Shown piece after piece: positions 40,953-51,760 of a stretch of 64,000 nt of DNA. The DNA is taken from NCBI GenBank assembly GCA_963843575.1, contig CAWJKZ010000017.1, positions 224,001 to 288,000 on the forward strand. Direction: 5' to 3'. This DNA comes from an uncultured Acidobacteriota bacterium. GTDB taxonomy: Bacteria; Acidobacteriota; UBA6911. Both the position numbers and the translations under genes were made by a program. Below the pieces are notes generated by a model. That model had not been told where the DNA came from and searched no databases. It saw nothing but the letters and a program-made list of their open reading frames with translations. Position 1 is the first letter of the stretch; each line of letters opens with the position of its first letter.

Positions 40953-43240
40953 CGCGCGCGTCATCGGGCAGGCTCGGTCCGTCTTCCTGGGTGTCACCGC
41001 TGGTTTCGTCCTCCCCCTCCCGGACGCCGGTCTCAGGCTCGCGGTTGGATAGTTCGGCAACGACATCCGACAACACCCTTTGCCTGGTCGCCGACCGCAG
41101 CTCCCGGTTCATGCGGCGGAGAGCCACGCCAACCACGTCGCGATGGTGCAGCCTGACACCGAACTTCTCGGTGAGGTCGAGCCACATCTGGTGAAGCAGT
41201 TCGAGGTCCTGCGGCCACAGGCGCGGGCGGGTGCGGCCCCATGTTCACGTAAATCGACGGACGGTCGGGCGAGATGATCTCCAGCGAAAAAGCGTGCCGC
41301 CCCTCGGACGTCTTTTCCCAGGCCTGGCCTATGCGGCGCGCCAGAACTTCCGATACCATCCGGGCGGAGACCCCGGTCACCAGCCGCGCGGCCTTGAGCT
41401 TGGAGGCCGAATAAACCATCGCCTCGAACGGGTCGATCCCGGGTACTACGACGAGCTCGACCGGTTTCCCCTCCTTCTCCGCCATCGCGACGACCCGCGA
41501 AAACAACTCCTGTTCGTAACTCGTGAACAGCTGGCCTTCGCGCAGCTGGTATTCTCCCGTGCCCGCGGTGGAAACGCGCCGCACCGTCATGACGACTACG
41601 TCCTGCTTGAGCGTGTTCGTCTTCTGCAGAACCGATTGCAGGTGCAGCATGCGGTTGTAGTCGCGGACCGCCACCAGCACGCACCCAGGCCTGACGTGCA
41701 TCCCCTTCTGGTCGAGATCGGCGCGCATGTCGAGCCTGAACTGCTCGAGCCCTGCCTTGACGCGCTTCGCCCGCATCATCCGCTCGGAGATGGTGAAAAC
41801 CACGAATAGAATCATGGTGAAGGCGAATCCGGACAGGGTGGCGATCCGCTTCGAGAAGAGGTTGGCCACGGCGACGGAGAACAGCACCAGGATGGTCAGC
41901 CCCAACCCGACGGGGATTTCCAGCTTCCCCACCCTTACGTTCAGCGGAACCTTGTACTCCTGATCGTGACGCTGGAACCGGAGCACGAAAACACCAAGCG
42001 ACTTCAGGAAGAAACTCCACACGATCCCGAAAGCATAGGCCTCTCCGAGAAGGTACGTGTTGCCACGGCTGGCGACGATCGTGGCGAGCTGCAGAACCGT
42101 GATGATGTTTATGATGCGATAGGTGGTGCCGTAGCGGCGGTGAGGTTTCTGGAAGGCGCTGTGGAGCACGCCGTCCTCCGCAACGCGGTTCATTACGCCG
42201 TTGGCGCCGATGATCGAGGTGTTGACCGCGCCGGAGAGGATCAGGATGCCGACGATCACGACGAACACGTGAAAAATGAGGCGGAGCAGCTCCGGACCGG
42301 CCAGGTGCATCGCCAGCCCTCCCAGCAGGTTTTCCACGTAATTCCCTCGCACGTTGTCCGGGATGATCATCGCCGCCAGAATCGTGATAACCCCCGTCGA
42401 AACGGCGGCATAGGTGCACACGATCGTGGCCGTGATCTTCAGGTTCTTCAGCTTCGGGGCGGCGAGCTCGCGGTAGACCTGCGCCAGCGTCTCGAATCCG
42501 CTCATGGACAGGAGCGAGTGACCGAATGCGATGATGATGGCTACCACCGGTATGGTGGGCCAGAATGTACCCTCGAACCACCCGAGCGATTCACTGCTGA
42601 AGCGCAGGTGCGACGGGGTCGGCGCCGGCGGAATCTGGGCCGGTCCTCGAAGGATAAGGGTTAGCGAGCACCAGACCAAAAACATGACGATCATGACCGT
42701 GGTGATCTGCATGATCCTGAGCGCTTTGCTGCTGGACTCCGGAATGCCCTTGGTGTTCAGCCACCAGAAGTAGACGGTAACGGCCAGCGCAAACGCCACC
42801 GCGAACATCTCCGGCGATATCCGCAAGGCCGAGTGCATCGTCTCGGCTGCTTCGTTGATCAGTCGCCCAAGGTACTGGCCCGCGCTCACGCTGCTGATTG
42901 GTCCGGTCAGGATGTAGTCAAAGATCAGTGCCGAAACGGAAAGCCGTGCTACGAACGACCCCATGGCGTCGCGTATCACGACGTAGACGCCTCCGCGCAC
43001 GAACATGCTGCTGCTTTCCATGTAGACCGCGCGAACGGCGAAGGTGAAAAGCATCACCCCGAGAATGAACCATGGAGCGCTCCTGCCGATGGCCCGCTCG
43101 GCGATGCCGCCGGCGTAATAGACGCTGGAGCCAAGGTCGTTGAGGACAATGGCCGCCGCCCGCCAGAACGAGATGAACGAGAGCATCACCGTGCTGGCGA
43201 CGACAACCTTCGTGGGCGTGGTTTTCTCCGAACCGGGCAT
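40915..43240 (-). CDS. APC family permease, KimA/YdaO-like, with cytoplasmic C-terminal domain (frameshift near 41232)
   Basis: DLGSSVYYAGG, RGGVY, DYILTGPIS, SGFETL, AYAFG; C-terminus continues as LWPQDLELLHQMWLDL..HHRDVV. Confidence 0.85.
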
Positions 43241-43247
43241 TGAATTC

Positions 43248-43760
43248 CTACCTGTAGGTCACCTTGATCACTTCGCGGCCGCGCCGTCGAAGCGATGCGA
43301 CGAGTCGCTCCGTCTTCAGGAAAGGCCGGGGGACGATCCCCCACCCGCGCAGACCGACAGAAAGGGGTGAGTGCTTGTGGAACTGCGCCGAGAAGCCCTT
43401 CCAGGACGTCACGGCAGAGGCAAAGGTAAAGGTGCGGCCGTGCGCCGACCGACGACGCGAGCCCTCTGAGCCTCTGGAAGGTAAACGCCGGAGAAACAGG
43501 GGGGCGCTGGAGGCACAGCGGGTAAGGAACAACTTGGGGGACTATAAGAGCAACCTGCGCATCCAGACCGGCTGACATCGAGATTGCGGTTGAGAGTGCC
43601 GCCCTCGTGCCTTCCGTGGTCGTGAATACCACGCAGATCCGCAGGTACTCCCAAGCCGTGCGTGCTTCCGGTAAAACGATCCGAAGGTCGAGGGCAGTTC
43701 ACCAACCGGCTGCAACACGACGGCGCACGATCTGCTGCCATCCTGATCCATGACAAGCAT
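43248..43760 (-). CDS. Small Kdp-locus-associated protein, USP-like (frameshifted)
   Basis: VVFTTTEGTRAAL..VALIVPQVVPYPL..PPVS..LCLCRD, then ERLVASLRRRGREVI in another frame. Confidence 0.6.
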
Positions 43761-43769
43761 CCGATGTGA

Positions 43770-43827
43770 ATTTTAGGCGGCGATCCGTAAGGAAGTCATA
43801 AAGAGAGCATCAGGAATCCCTCAGTGG
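43770..43827 (-). promoter_or_regulatory. Tandem 11-bp-period operator (KdpE/OmpR-type) plus -10 box
   Basis: Minus strand CCACTGA-N4-TTCCTGA-N4-CTCTTTA-N4-TTCCTTA, followed by TAAAAT at 43770-43775. Confidence 0.6.
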
Positions 43828-43856
43828 GCAGGCGGTGTGGAGGCCGGAACGGGGAC

Positions 43857-43923
43857 TGCCACGGAAGACACTGGGCACACGGACTCGGCCCGGCTTCCGT
43901 GTCCTTCATTGTCTTCCGTGGCA
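43857..43923. repeat. Palindromic element with 14-bp perfect arms
   Basis: TGCCACGGAAGACA ... TGTCTTCCGTGGCA with an inner ACACGGA/TCCGTGT stem. Confidence 0.75.
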
Positions 43924-43996
43924 AGTTATTGATTCCCGGCCAGTCAGGACCGACTTGGACTTTGGGCTTTACCCGGCGGTTGCGGGCAAAACGGGG

Positions 43997-44688
43997 CTAT
44001 TCGGGGAGAACAAGCCGGTATCCGACCCAGGGCTCGGTCAGAAGGTAGCGGGGCGTAGAAGGGTTGCGTTCGATCTTCTTGCGCAGCTGATTCACGAACA
44101 CGCGCAGGTACTCGACCTCGTCGCGGTAATCCGGCCCCCAGACCGCCTGCAGAAGCCGGGCGTGCGAGATCGGGATGTTGGGGTGGGCCACCAGGTACTG
44201 GAGAAGGTCGAACTCCTTCGGGGTCAGCCGCACCTCGCGCCTCGCCCGCCGTGACGCGCCGCGTGGTGAAGTTGACTTCGACCTCGTCGAATCGAACCAG
44301 CTGCGGAACGCCGGCTCCGGCACTCGCGCGTCTCAGCGCCGCCCGGATGCGGGCCAGCAGTTCCGGGAAGCTGAAGGGCTTCGTCACGTAGTCGTCGGCC
44401 CCCGCGTCGAGGGCCTGCACCTTGTCCGGTTCGCTGTCCCGGACGGTGAGCATGATGATGGCTCCGTTGAAGCCTGACCGCAGCGAGCGGCAGGTCTCGA
44501 TCCCGCCGATCCCGGGCATGTTCATGTCGAGCAGGACGAGGTCGAGTCTCTCGGCCCGCACGCGTTCGAGCGCCTCTTCCCCGTTGCGGGCGTCGTCGAC
44601 CTCGTAGCCCTGAGAGACCAGGGCGGTGCGCAGGACGCGCCGGATCTGCGGGTCGTCGTCCACCACGAGTATGCGTCCGGAACTCATG
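43997..44688 (-). CDS. kdpE: KdpE-like OmpR-family response regulator (frameshift near 44245)
   Basis: ILVVDDDPQIRR, ALDAGADDYVTKPF; then LTPKEFDLL, VWGPDY..EYLRVFVNQLRKKIE..PRYLLTEPWVGYR. Confidence 0.88.
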
Positions 44689-46161
44689 CTTCCTCCCGCT
44701 GCGGCGCCTGATCGGGAATCGCAGGACAAATTCCGTCCCGCGCTCGGCGCTGCTCGCGACCGCCGATGGTGCCTCCGTGCGCCAGCAGGATTTCCCGTGC
44801 TATGGCCAGCCCCATGCCGGTGCCGAGAACGTGCTGCCCCACATTCGGACCGCGATAGAACTTGTCGAATACCCGCGCCTGCTCTTCGGCGCGAGAGCGG
44901 TTCGCCCCAGTTGTGCACCCCTATTTCGACCACGCCGCCGACCGCCTTCGCGCTGATCCCGACCGGGGACCGTCGCGCCGAATACTTGACGGCGTTGTCG
45001 AGCAGCTGCCGGAGAGCGACCTGCATCAGTTGCAGATCGATCTCCACGGGGGGCAGACCCGGCGCTATCGAGAGATCGACGGCGCGCCCGTCGCGTCCGA
45101 GCGACATCTGGTCCAGCGCGCCGCCGATCAGGCCGGAGACGGAGTGCGCCCGCCTGTTGAGATCGACCTTGCCCGCTTCGATGCGCGCGAGGTGCGTGGT
45201 CTCGGTCACGAGCCTGTTCAGTCTCTCCGCTTCTTGGTCCACGACGGTGAGGAGTTCCTCCCGCTGCTTTTCGTTTATGTTGCCGCCGGAAAGAAGGGCC
45301 GTCGTCGCCCCCTTGATGGACGTCAGCGGTGTCTTGAATTCGTGCGCCAGCGCATCGAGCAGCGTGGACTTGAACTCTTCGCTCTGCCGGACAGCCGCGG
45401 CACTGGTGGCGATCTGGTGGCTGCGCGCATTCTCCAGCGTAATCGCGATCAGGTTCAGCAGCGCCTGGACGGCCGGGTCCGGCGAGGTGCTCCCCGCCAG
45501 AAGAACGCTCCCGATGCACTTCCCGCCCGGACATGAGCGGACGGATCATGCTTTCGCTCTCGGGCTGATCCAGCGGAGTACAGTCCCGGGCAGCCACTTT
45601 CAACCGGAGTTCCAGATCCGTCATGGGGCACTTCCCGGCCGAGTACACCGCGCGCCGCGCGGCATCGAAGATTGCGACGCCCCGGGCGGGGTAGATCCGC
45701 AGCACCTCGTCGGCGACCTGCGCGGCAATCGAAGGATTCGGCTCGATCAGCATGATGGCGCGGCTGAGTTCGTAGAGCCGTTCCACCTCGAGCCTCCTGC
45801 TGGTCGCCTCCGCCGCCCTATGCCTGGCAGCAGCCGAAAGCTCACTCGCAATCAGCGCCGTCGCCAGGAAGGCGAAAAACGCCACCCAGTTGTGAGGGTC
45901 GCTGATTTCCCATGTCCCGATCGGCGGGAGGAAGAAGTAATTGAAGCAGAACGCAGCCGCAATCGCCGCCGCAACGGATTCGTAGAATCCACCGTACGCC
46001 GCAGTGACGAGCACCTCGATCAGATACGCAAAACCTGCCGTGCTCGCGTTGACGGGAATGGCGAGGGTGAAGACTGCAGTCGCACCCACTACACTGCCCA
46101 GCGCGGCCATTCCAACAAGCATCGTCCTCGTGAGGTGAGAGTGGCGTGTCCGTCGAGGCAT
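44685..46161 (-). CDS. kdpD: KdpD-like sensor kinase lacking the N-terminal KdpD/USP domains (frameshifted)
   Basis: FNYFFLPPIGTWEISDPHNW (DUF4118), GAF-like region, DALAHEFKTPLTSIK, LLDNAVKYS, GTGMGL; indels near 45515, 44890 and 44760. Confidence 0.8.
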
Positions 46162-46458
46162 CTTGTCCGTCCGCTTCGGCTCCGTGGTATCAAACCGGAA
46201 GCAAGGTGGCGCGGCACCGCCGCACAACCTATACAGTACACTTGAAGGTCAACGCGATAAAACAGCTGGTTCCAGGAGATGAGCTGCAGAAGACCCGGAT
46301 GGGGAGTGCAAAAGCGTTGTTTCGGACGCGACCGGTCCCTGGCTGTAGTGAGGGGAGCCAATGATCAGGGGGTGAACTTGCCGCGTGGTTGCGCCGGGTG
46401 CCCTCGAACACAGGGACACCGCGCTGTCGCTGCGCCGGCTCGGTTCGCCTCCCGGGCC

Positions 46459-46496
46459 GGCTGGCGCCGCGAAAAGGATCGCGGCGCCAGCCCTAC
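46459..46496 (-). repeat. GTAG-footed REP-like hairpin
   Basis: Minus strand GTAG-GGCTGGCGCCGCGA-TCCTTT-TCGCGGCGCCAGCC, a 14-bp perfect stem. Confidence 0.65.
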
Positions 46497-46696
46497 CGTG
46501 TTCGACGCGCCTTTGCCGGACGTATCGCTGGAGCCTGCCGAGAACCTCGGCCAGCCTTCGCGCGAGCAGTCAACGCTCGGATCCACCTCGCCTGGATGCC
46601 ACTGCCAGGCACGCGATGGGGCGATACCAGGAGATTAAGCGTCGGGCACTCGACGGTTCCTGCAATCGGCTGTAATGCCGGTAAGCTTCTTCGTTG

Positions 46697-47794
46697 CTAT
46701 TTCTTCAGAATCCGCAATGCGTTATCCCGATAGAGCTTTTTGAGAGTGGCATCGCTAAGCCCTACTCCGGAGAGGGCAAATCGCGTAGTTTGCCACATCC
46801 CAGGCGTAGAAGTGTTCGTCGAGCGTCTCCCAGATATGGAATGAATTCCGATACATGGGCAGGCTGTAACCCTGGTCGGTACCCCAGACCAGGCGGTCAG
46901 CGTACTTCTCCATAAACTGCTTTGCGAACCTGGGGATGGCTGCTACATACGCTTCTCTCTGGGATACGTCGGCATACAGGTTTGGATACTTATCAAGCAT
47001 TCTTCCGAGCTGATTCAGATCGTATGTCTGGTTCATGAAATGGCAGGCGACGAAAGTCGTTCGCGGATGTTTTTTCACGGCGCTTTCCAGGATAGCTCCC
47101 ATTTCTTCAAGGTTCAAAATGTTCCGGCTTATTGTCGAGCCGGAAATTGAGTAGCCTCGAACAACAGGTCATTGTGATCGTCCATCGGTTCGTACATCCA
47201 TTTCGGATCTCCCATGTGGACGTTGATCGGCAGTTTGAGGTCGGCAAGTTTTTCCAGAATAGGATCCATGCGCGGATCGTCGAGGTGCATTGGCGGGGTT
47301 GTACCGCGCATATCCGGCTCCCTTTATCACTGATCTCGCCGACGCCCTTGGCGCCGAGCTTCACGCATCTTTCCAGTTCAGCTATGGTCGAAGCAGGGAC
47401 GTAGCCTGAAAAATCGAACCCGCACCACAGTTCGATGCGATCGGGGTATTTTCCGAAAACGGCCGCCAGGTCATCGAATGCCTTCCCTGTACCGCAAAAG
47501 AGAATGGTTTTTTGAATGCCACATTCATCCATGTTTTTCAACAGCTCGGCAGCGGCCTTATTCAAATCGCCGCCTCCGCGAGGGGCATGCATGTGCATGT
47601 CAATGGCCGGATACTTGGCCTTTAGAACCTGGGTCTGGGGCGTCTTAAAAATGGATTGCGGTCTGTAATCCTTCAGAAGCAGCGTGTCCTGCAATCCCGG
47701 CTGCTCTGAATTGACGTTGCTGCGCCTGCGAAACAAGAATGATTACAGAACACAACAATGAGAATAGTAAACTTTTCAATAGTAGTTTTTTCAT
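46697..47794 (-). pseudogene. Secreted amidohydrolase-family protein, multiply frameshifted, lower GC
   Basis: MKKLLLKSLLFSLLCS signal at 47794; LLLKDYRPQS, IDMHMH, GVGEISDKG, INVHMGDP, FVACH, WGTD, LKKLYRDNALRIL in successive frames. May be assembly error rather than a true pseudogene. Confidence 0.65.
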
Positions 47795-48138
47795 AAGGTT
47801 ATCCCATCACGTTAGATTAAGAGCTCACGTAGAACCAGGCGAGGCATGGCGACTCTCCGGTTATCAGAAGCAAGAGAAAGCGAACTCCTGATCCAAAACG
47901 ACGACTCTTTCTGTCCTATCCCTCGCATTGCCTTGTCAAGCAAAATTCTCATTGACTCCGGCGAATCCGACGCCGCAGCTGGCCGGCCTGGCTGGCGGCC
48001 CGGGACCTCAATACTGTGGAACGAAAGCGGACCTCCTGAACGTTTCTCAGGACGCCGATGTACGCGGATTTTCGCAGATCAAAAAAGAGGCATTGGTGAC
48101 AGGTCGCGCCGTGAACCCGTAAAATCCGGAACACCGGG

Positions 48139-51100
48139 TTAGGTGCGGGGCGGCGATTCCTCCGCCCCCTGCCGCAGTTCCCACGGCCGGCCCGAGACGA
48201 GGTGGGTCCCGCACACGGTGACGGCTTCGTTCAGCTCGTCGTCCGTCAACGCGGTGACGCGCAGGCCCGTGATGCGGGCCAGCACCGCGTCGAGACTCGA
48301 TCCGTCCAGGAGCGCCAGCGGCAGCAGCGCCTTCAATCCCTCCCAGTCCGAGTTTTCCGGCGGCCACGACCAGCGTGCGGAAGTAGAGTCGAGGAATGCA
48401 ATGCGCATTTCGCGATCGGACATGGCGGCGAATTCATCGAGCACGAGCTTGAGGCTGGGCACGTCCCGCGCCAGCCAGCCCCGGCAGGCTTTGACCAGGC
48501 GCACCCGGTCCTCGCGGAACTTCGGGTCTCGAACATTCGACGCCCTCTTCAGTGCCAGGTCGGCCAGAAGCTCGACCCGGCCCTCGGGGTTGCCGATTTC
48601 AATGCAGCGGTTAGCCAGCGCCATGTAAGCCATGCTGATGTAACCAGAGTAACCGCTGGCAAGGGCTTCGGCTTCCCCTATCGCACAGAACGCTTCGGCT
48701 TTCTTGCCCTGCCGAAAAAGAGCGGCGGCGCGAGCGGAGCGTTCCCGCATCCTCGTGCCCCAGCGGTCGCAGGCGGCGCGTGCCTTCCCGAGATAGGCGG
48801 CCAGGACCGGGGCTTCCCGGTTGCGGCGCCCGCATTCCGCGAGCAGGACTGCGGCGAGGTCAAAAGTAAAAGTGACCCCTTCCCCCTGCATCGCGGCGCG
48901 CAGAATGCGACGGAGTCTCTGTCGGGCCCACGCCGGATCGGGCACCGCAAGCACGGCGAGGCTGATTGCCAGGAACGCGATGTCGCGGTAGCGAGGGTAG
49001 GGGTTTCTTTCGGCAATATCCAGCGCGTCCTCGATTTGGCCCCGGTCGGCGGAATCCCCGGTCAGCTTGCGCAGCGGCCCAAAATCCATGTCGAGACGCC
49101 CCGTGCGCTGCTCGTCCACCAACGAATCGTCGCCGTAGCCCGTGTCCGGGAGCAGCCCCTGCAGAACCTGCATCCTGAGGCTGTTGATGCGTTCGTCGAG
49201 AGTCGCGATTAGTTCCTGCCGCTTCCGGGCGTCGAGTGGTGCCTCTTTGCAGCACTCGACCAACTTTCCCGCTTCGGGACCGCGGCTGAACGCTCCGATC
49301 CAGACGGAGGGGGCGTCCGCGGTCGGCGCGAGGATGCGGGCAGCCCGGGTGAGCAGTGTCTCGCACAGGGGAAGAGTGTGGCTTGGCTGGATCGCGCAGG
49401 TCGCGGTTGCGGCCGTTACCGCCTCCTCGAGCTTCCCGGCCAGCGCCGCCTCCCAGGCAAGATAGGAGAAGACGACCCCTTCCCAGGCTCCCGAATGGCA
49501 CAGCAGCCTCGCCCAGGCGAGCGCTTCGGTAAAATCTCCTCTGTCGACGCACTTGAGAAGGTCCTCGGTGAGGCTGGCTCTGGGAGCCGTTTCACGGTAG
49601 GCGCCTGCGCAAGCCAGGGCCTTGACGGTGTGGTCCTGCTCGAGGGCGACATGCAAGGCCAGCCGCAGATCTCCGAGGGTGTTCTCTGGACGGCCGAGGA
49701 TCTCTCTCTGGGCCGCTCGGAATTGCGGATCGAGCACGAGGGAGTAAAGCTTGTCGAGCTGTCCGGCCGCCTTGAGGTGCTCGGCGTAGTGGCTCAGCGG
49801 GTAACTGCTCCGGTTGCGTTTCCAGTCGGCGCAGTAGGCCAGCAGCCTGTCCCGATACACCTCGGTTTTGATGCACTTGCGCATGTACTGGCGCAGGCGC
49901 GGGTGGGCGAGGGCATAGCCATGAGTGTCGTTGCCCACGACGAAGCGGCGCACCCGCTGCAGGATGTCCTCGAAGAAGTCCTGCCCCCAGTCGTTTACGA
50001 GGCTCGGGTTCACAGCCTCGAGATCCGACCTGAACATCGGGCCAAAGCAGGCCGTGAGGGTCCCGAAGAGATCGCGCGCCGGGGCGTCGCCGGCGAGTTG
50101 CTTGATTTCCTCCCACCACTGATCGAGATAGTTCGCCAGCCCCTGCGGTTGCGCGGCGAGATTCGCAGCGGTCAGCCGGCCATCGGCCAGGTCCTCCGCG
50201 AGCAGGCGCATGTAAAACGGATCGCATCCGAGGGTCGGATCGCCCTGGTACGAGGAGATCCGCACAACCTCGTCCAGCGCCGCGGAGTCGTCTGCGACCG
50301 CAGCGGCGGAGGTCCCGGCGGCACGAAGGACCGCGGAAACATCGGCGGTTGTCAGGCCCCCAAGTGGCAGGTGTTCCGTCTGGTGCGGCGGCATGCCGTA
50401 AATCGCCGACCAATCCTGACCCACATCCCGGACTGTCAGGATCAAGTGGAGCCTGGCCGGAAGATGGCGGCTAAGGTACGGCCTCAGCTGCCAGGTCGTG
50501 ACCTCGTCCAACCCGTCGATGACCAGGACGCGCATGCAGTCCAGGTACTCGTCCAGGAGCTTGTGATACAGCGCCCGCAGTTCGTGGACCTTTTCGGGGA
50601 TCGGGTAGGTGTGAGCGTGCCACTGGGCCATCTGCTGCACCACGTTGCGCAGGAAGAACTCCTCGCCGAGGCTTCCCGTACCGTAGAGAGGAGTGAAAAA
50701 ATGGTAAGCGAAAGCCTCCGGATTACGTTTGACGATATTGGCCATCAGGGCCGTTTTGCCGAATCCGGCCGGGGCGGTGATCATCAGATACCCCCCCGCG
50801 GGCCCGGCAGCGAATTCTTCCACGCGGGCCTGGATGTCTTCGCGGCCCGCGAAAAGAGCGGTCCGGTCGTCCAGGAGGGGGGCGAAGACCTCGCGCAGGG
50901 CTGGCTTGACCGGTGAGTACCGTTCTTCGGCCGCCGCAACCGGGGGCCCGATGCGCCACTGGTAGTGACAAACCGCGATGTCCAGGGCGAAGCGGAATGG
51001 CCTCTCCGGGCAGTCCAGCTGCTCGCGCCCGGCGGCGGCTGCGCGCTCGAAGGAAAGGACCCCGGGGTCCGTGCGTCCCGCGGCTTCGGGGACCCCCACG

Positions 51101-51636
51101 GGCAGCACCTTGCTCTGCGCGAAACCCGTGCATTCGACCGTGATGTAAGCGCCCCCGTCGACCAGCTCCCGCAGCGGGCCTGGATCGGTCATCGGCCCGG
51201 CCTGGAACAGTTCGCGCTCGTGCCGGTCGAGCGCGTTCCAGTCGCGCAGGCCGTGAGTGAGTGAGACGGCGGCAAACGCGTGCCCCTCGGTCACCACCAG
51301 AACTGGAAGCAGCTCGTTGCCCAGGCAGAGACCGCAGAAAAGTACGGCGAGGTCGAGGCACGTTCCCTCGCGGGGCGCCTCCAGGACGTCGGCAGGCCGG
51401 CGGATCGGCTGCAGGGCATCGGAGGGATGATACATCTCGGCGGCATAGCGGATCTGCTTCGCCAGGAGAGCACCGTAGATGGCTTCGACCAGACGGCGGC
51501 GTCCCTCGGGCTCGGCTGCCAAGTCCAGGCGGTTCACGGGCAAGCGGAGTAGTGTGACGGCGTCAGGCGTCACGAAACGCGCCAGTCCCCTCTCATCGAC
51601 CTTCGACCATTCCCTCGGAAACTCGGCGACCGGCAC
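48139..51636 (-). CDS. Transglutaminase-like (Cys-His-Glu) domain + STAND/NACHT-like NTPase + helical C-terminus
   Basis: EGTCLDLAVLFCG, EGHAF, VECTG; FAGRE, Walker A APAGFGKT, Walker B VLVIDGLDE, LILTVR, PFYMRL, YALAHPRLRQY; AAGGAG RBS before GTG. Confidence 0.85.
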   Translation of the reverse strand: MPVAEFPREWSKVDERGLARFVTPDAVTLLRLPVNRLDLAAEPEGRRRLVEAIYGALLAKQIRYAAEMYHPSDALQPIRRPADVLEAPREGTCLDLAVLFCGLCLGNELLPVLVVTEGHAFAAVSLTHGLRDWNALDRHERELFQAGPMTDPGPLRELVDGGAYITVECTGFAQSKVLPVGVPEAAGRTDPGVLSFERAAAAGREQLDCPERPFRFALDIAVCHYQWRIGPPVAAAEERYSPVKPALREVFAPLLDDRTALFAGREDIQARVEEFAAGPAGGYLMITAPAGFGKTALMANIVKRNPEAFAYHFFTPLYGTGSLGEEFFLRNVVQQMAQWHAHTYPIPEKVHELRALYHKLLDEYLDCMRVLVIDGLDEVTTWQLRPYLSRHLPARLHLILTVRDVGQDWSAIYGMPPHQTEHLPLGGLTTADVSAVLRAAGTSAAAVADDSAALDEVVRISSYQGDPTLGCDPFYMRLLAEDLADGRLTAANLAAQPQGLANYLDQWWEEIKQLAGDAPARDLFGTLTACFGPMFRSDLEAVNPSLVNDWGQDFFEDILQRVRRFVVGNDTHGYALAHPRLRQYMRKCIKTEVYRDRLLAYCADWKRNRSSYPLSHYAEHLKAAGQLDKLYSLVLDPQFRAAQREILGRPENTLGDLRLALHVALEQDHTVKALACAGAYRETAPRASLTEDLLKCVDRGDFTEALAWARLLCHSGAWEGVVFSYLAWEAALAGKLEEAVTAATATCAIQPSHTLPLCETLLTRAARILAPTADAPSVWIGAFSRGPEAGKLVECCKEAPLDARKRQELIATLDERINSLRMQVLQGLLPDTGYGDDSLVDEQRTGRLDMDFGPLRKLTGDSADRGQIEDALDIAERNPYPRYRDIAFLAISLAVLAVPDPAWARQRLRRILRAAMQGEGVTFTFDLAAVLLAECGRRNREAPVLAAYLGKARAACDRWGTRMRERSARAAALFRQGKKAEAFCAIGEAEALASGYSGYISMAYMALANRCIEIGNPEGRVELLADLALKRASNVRDPKFREDRVRLVKACRGWLARDVPSLKLVLDEFAAMSDREMRIAFLDSTSARWSWPPENSDWEGLKALLPLALLDGSSLDAVLARITGLRVTALTDDELNEAVTVCGTHLVSGRPWELRQGAEESPPRT

Positions 51637-51760
51637 CGCTTTCTCCTTGACCCATCCTGCACTTCCCCGCCAAGGGGAACCTGTCGAGTGCAGAGGGTGC
51701 GGAAAAAAACATCGCCGCCGCGTCGCGGACTGGGCGTCCCCGTGGCGGCGTCATTCTCTT

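Noticed and set aside
46230-46690. Small ORFs between kdpD and the amidohydrolase
   Set aside because: No recognisable motifs, overlapping frames and a REP-like hairpin inside; probably non-coding.
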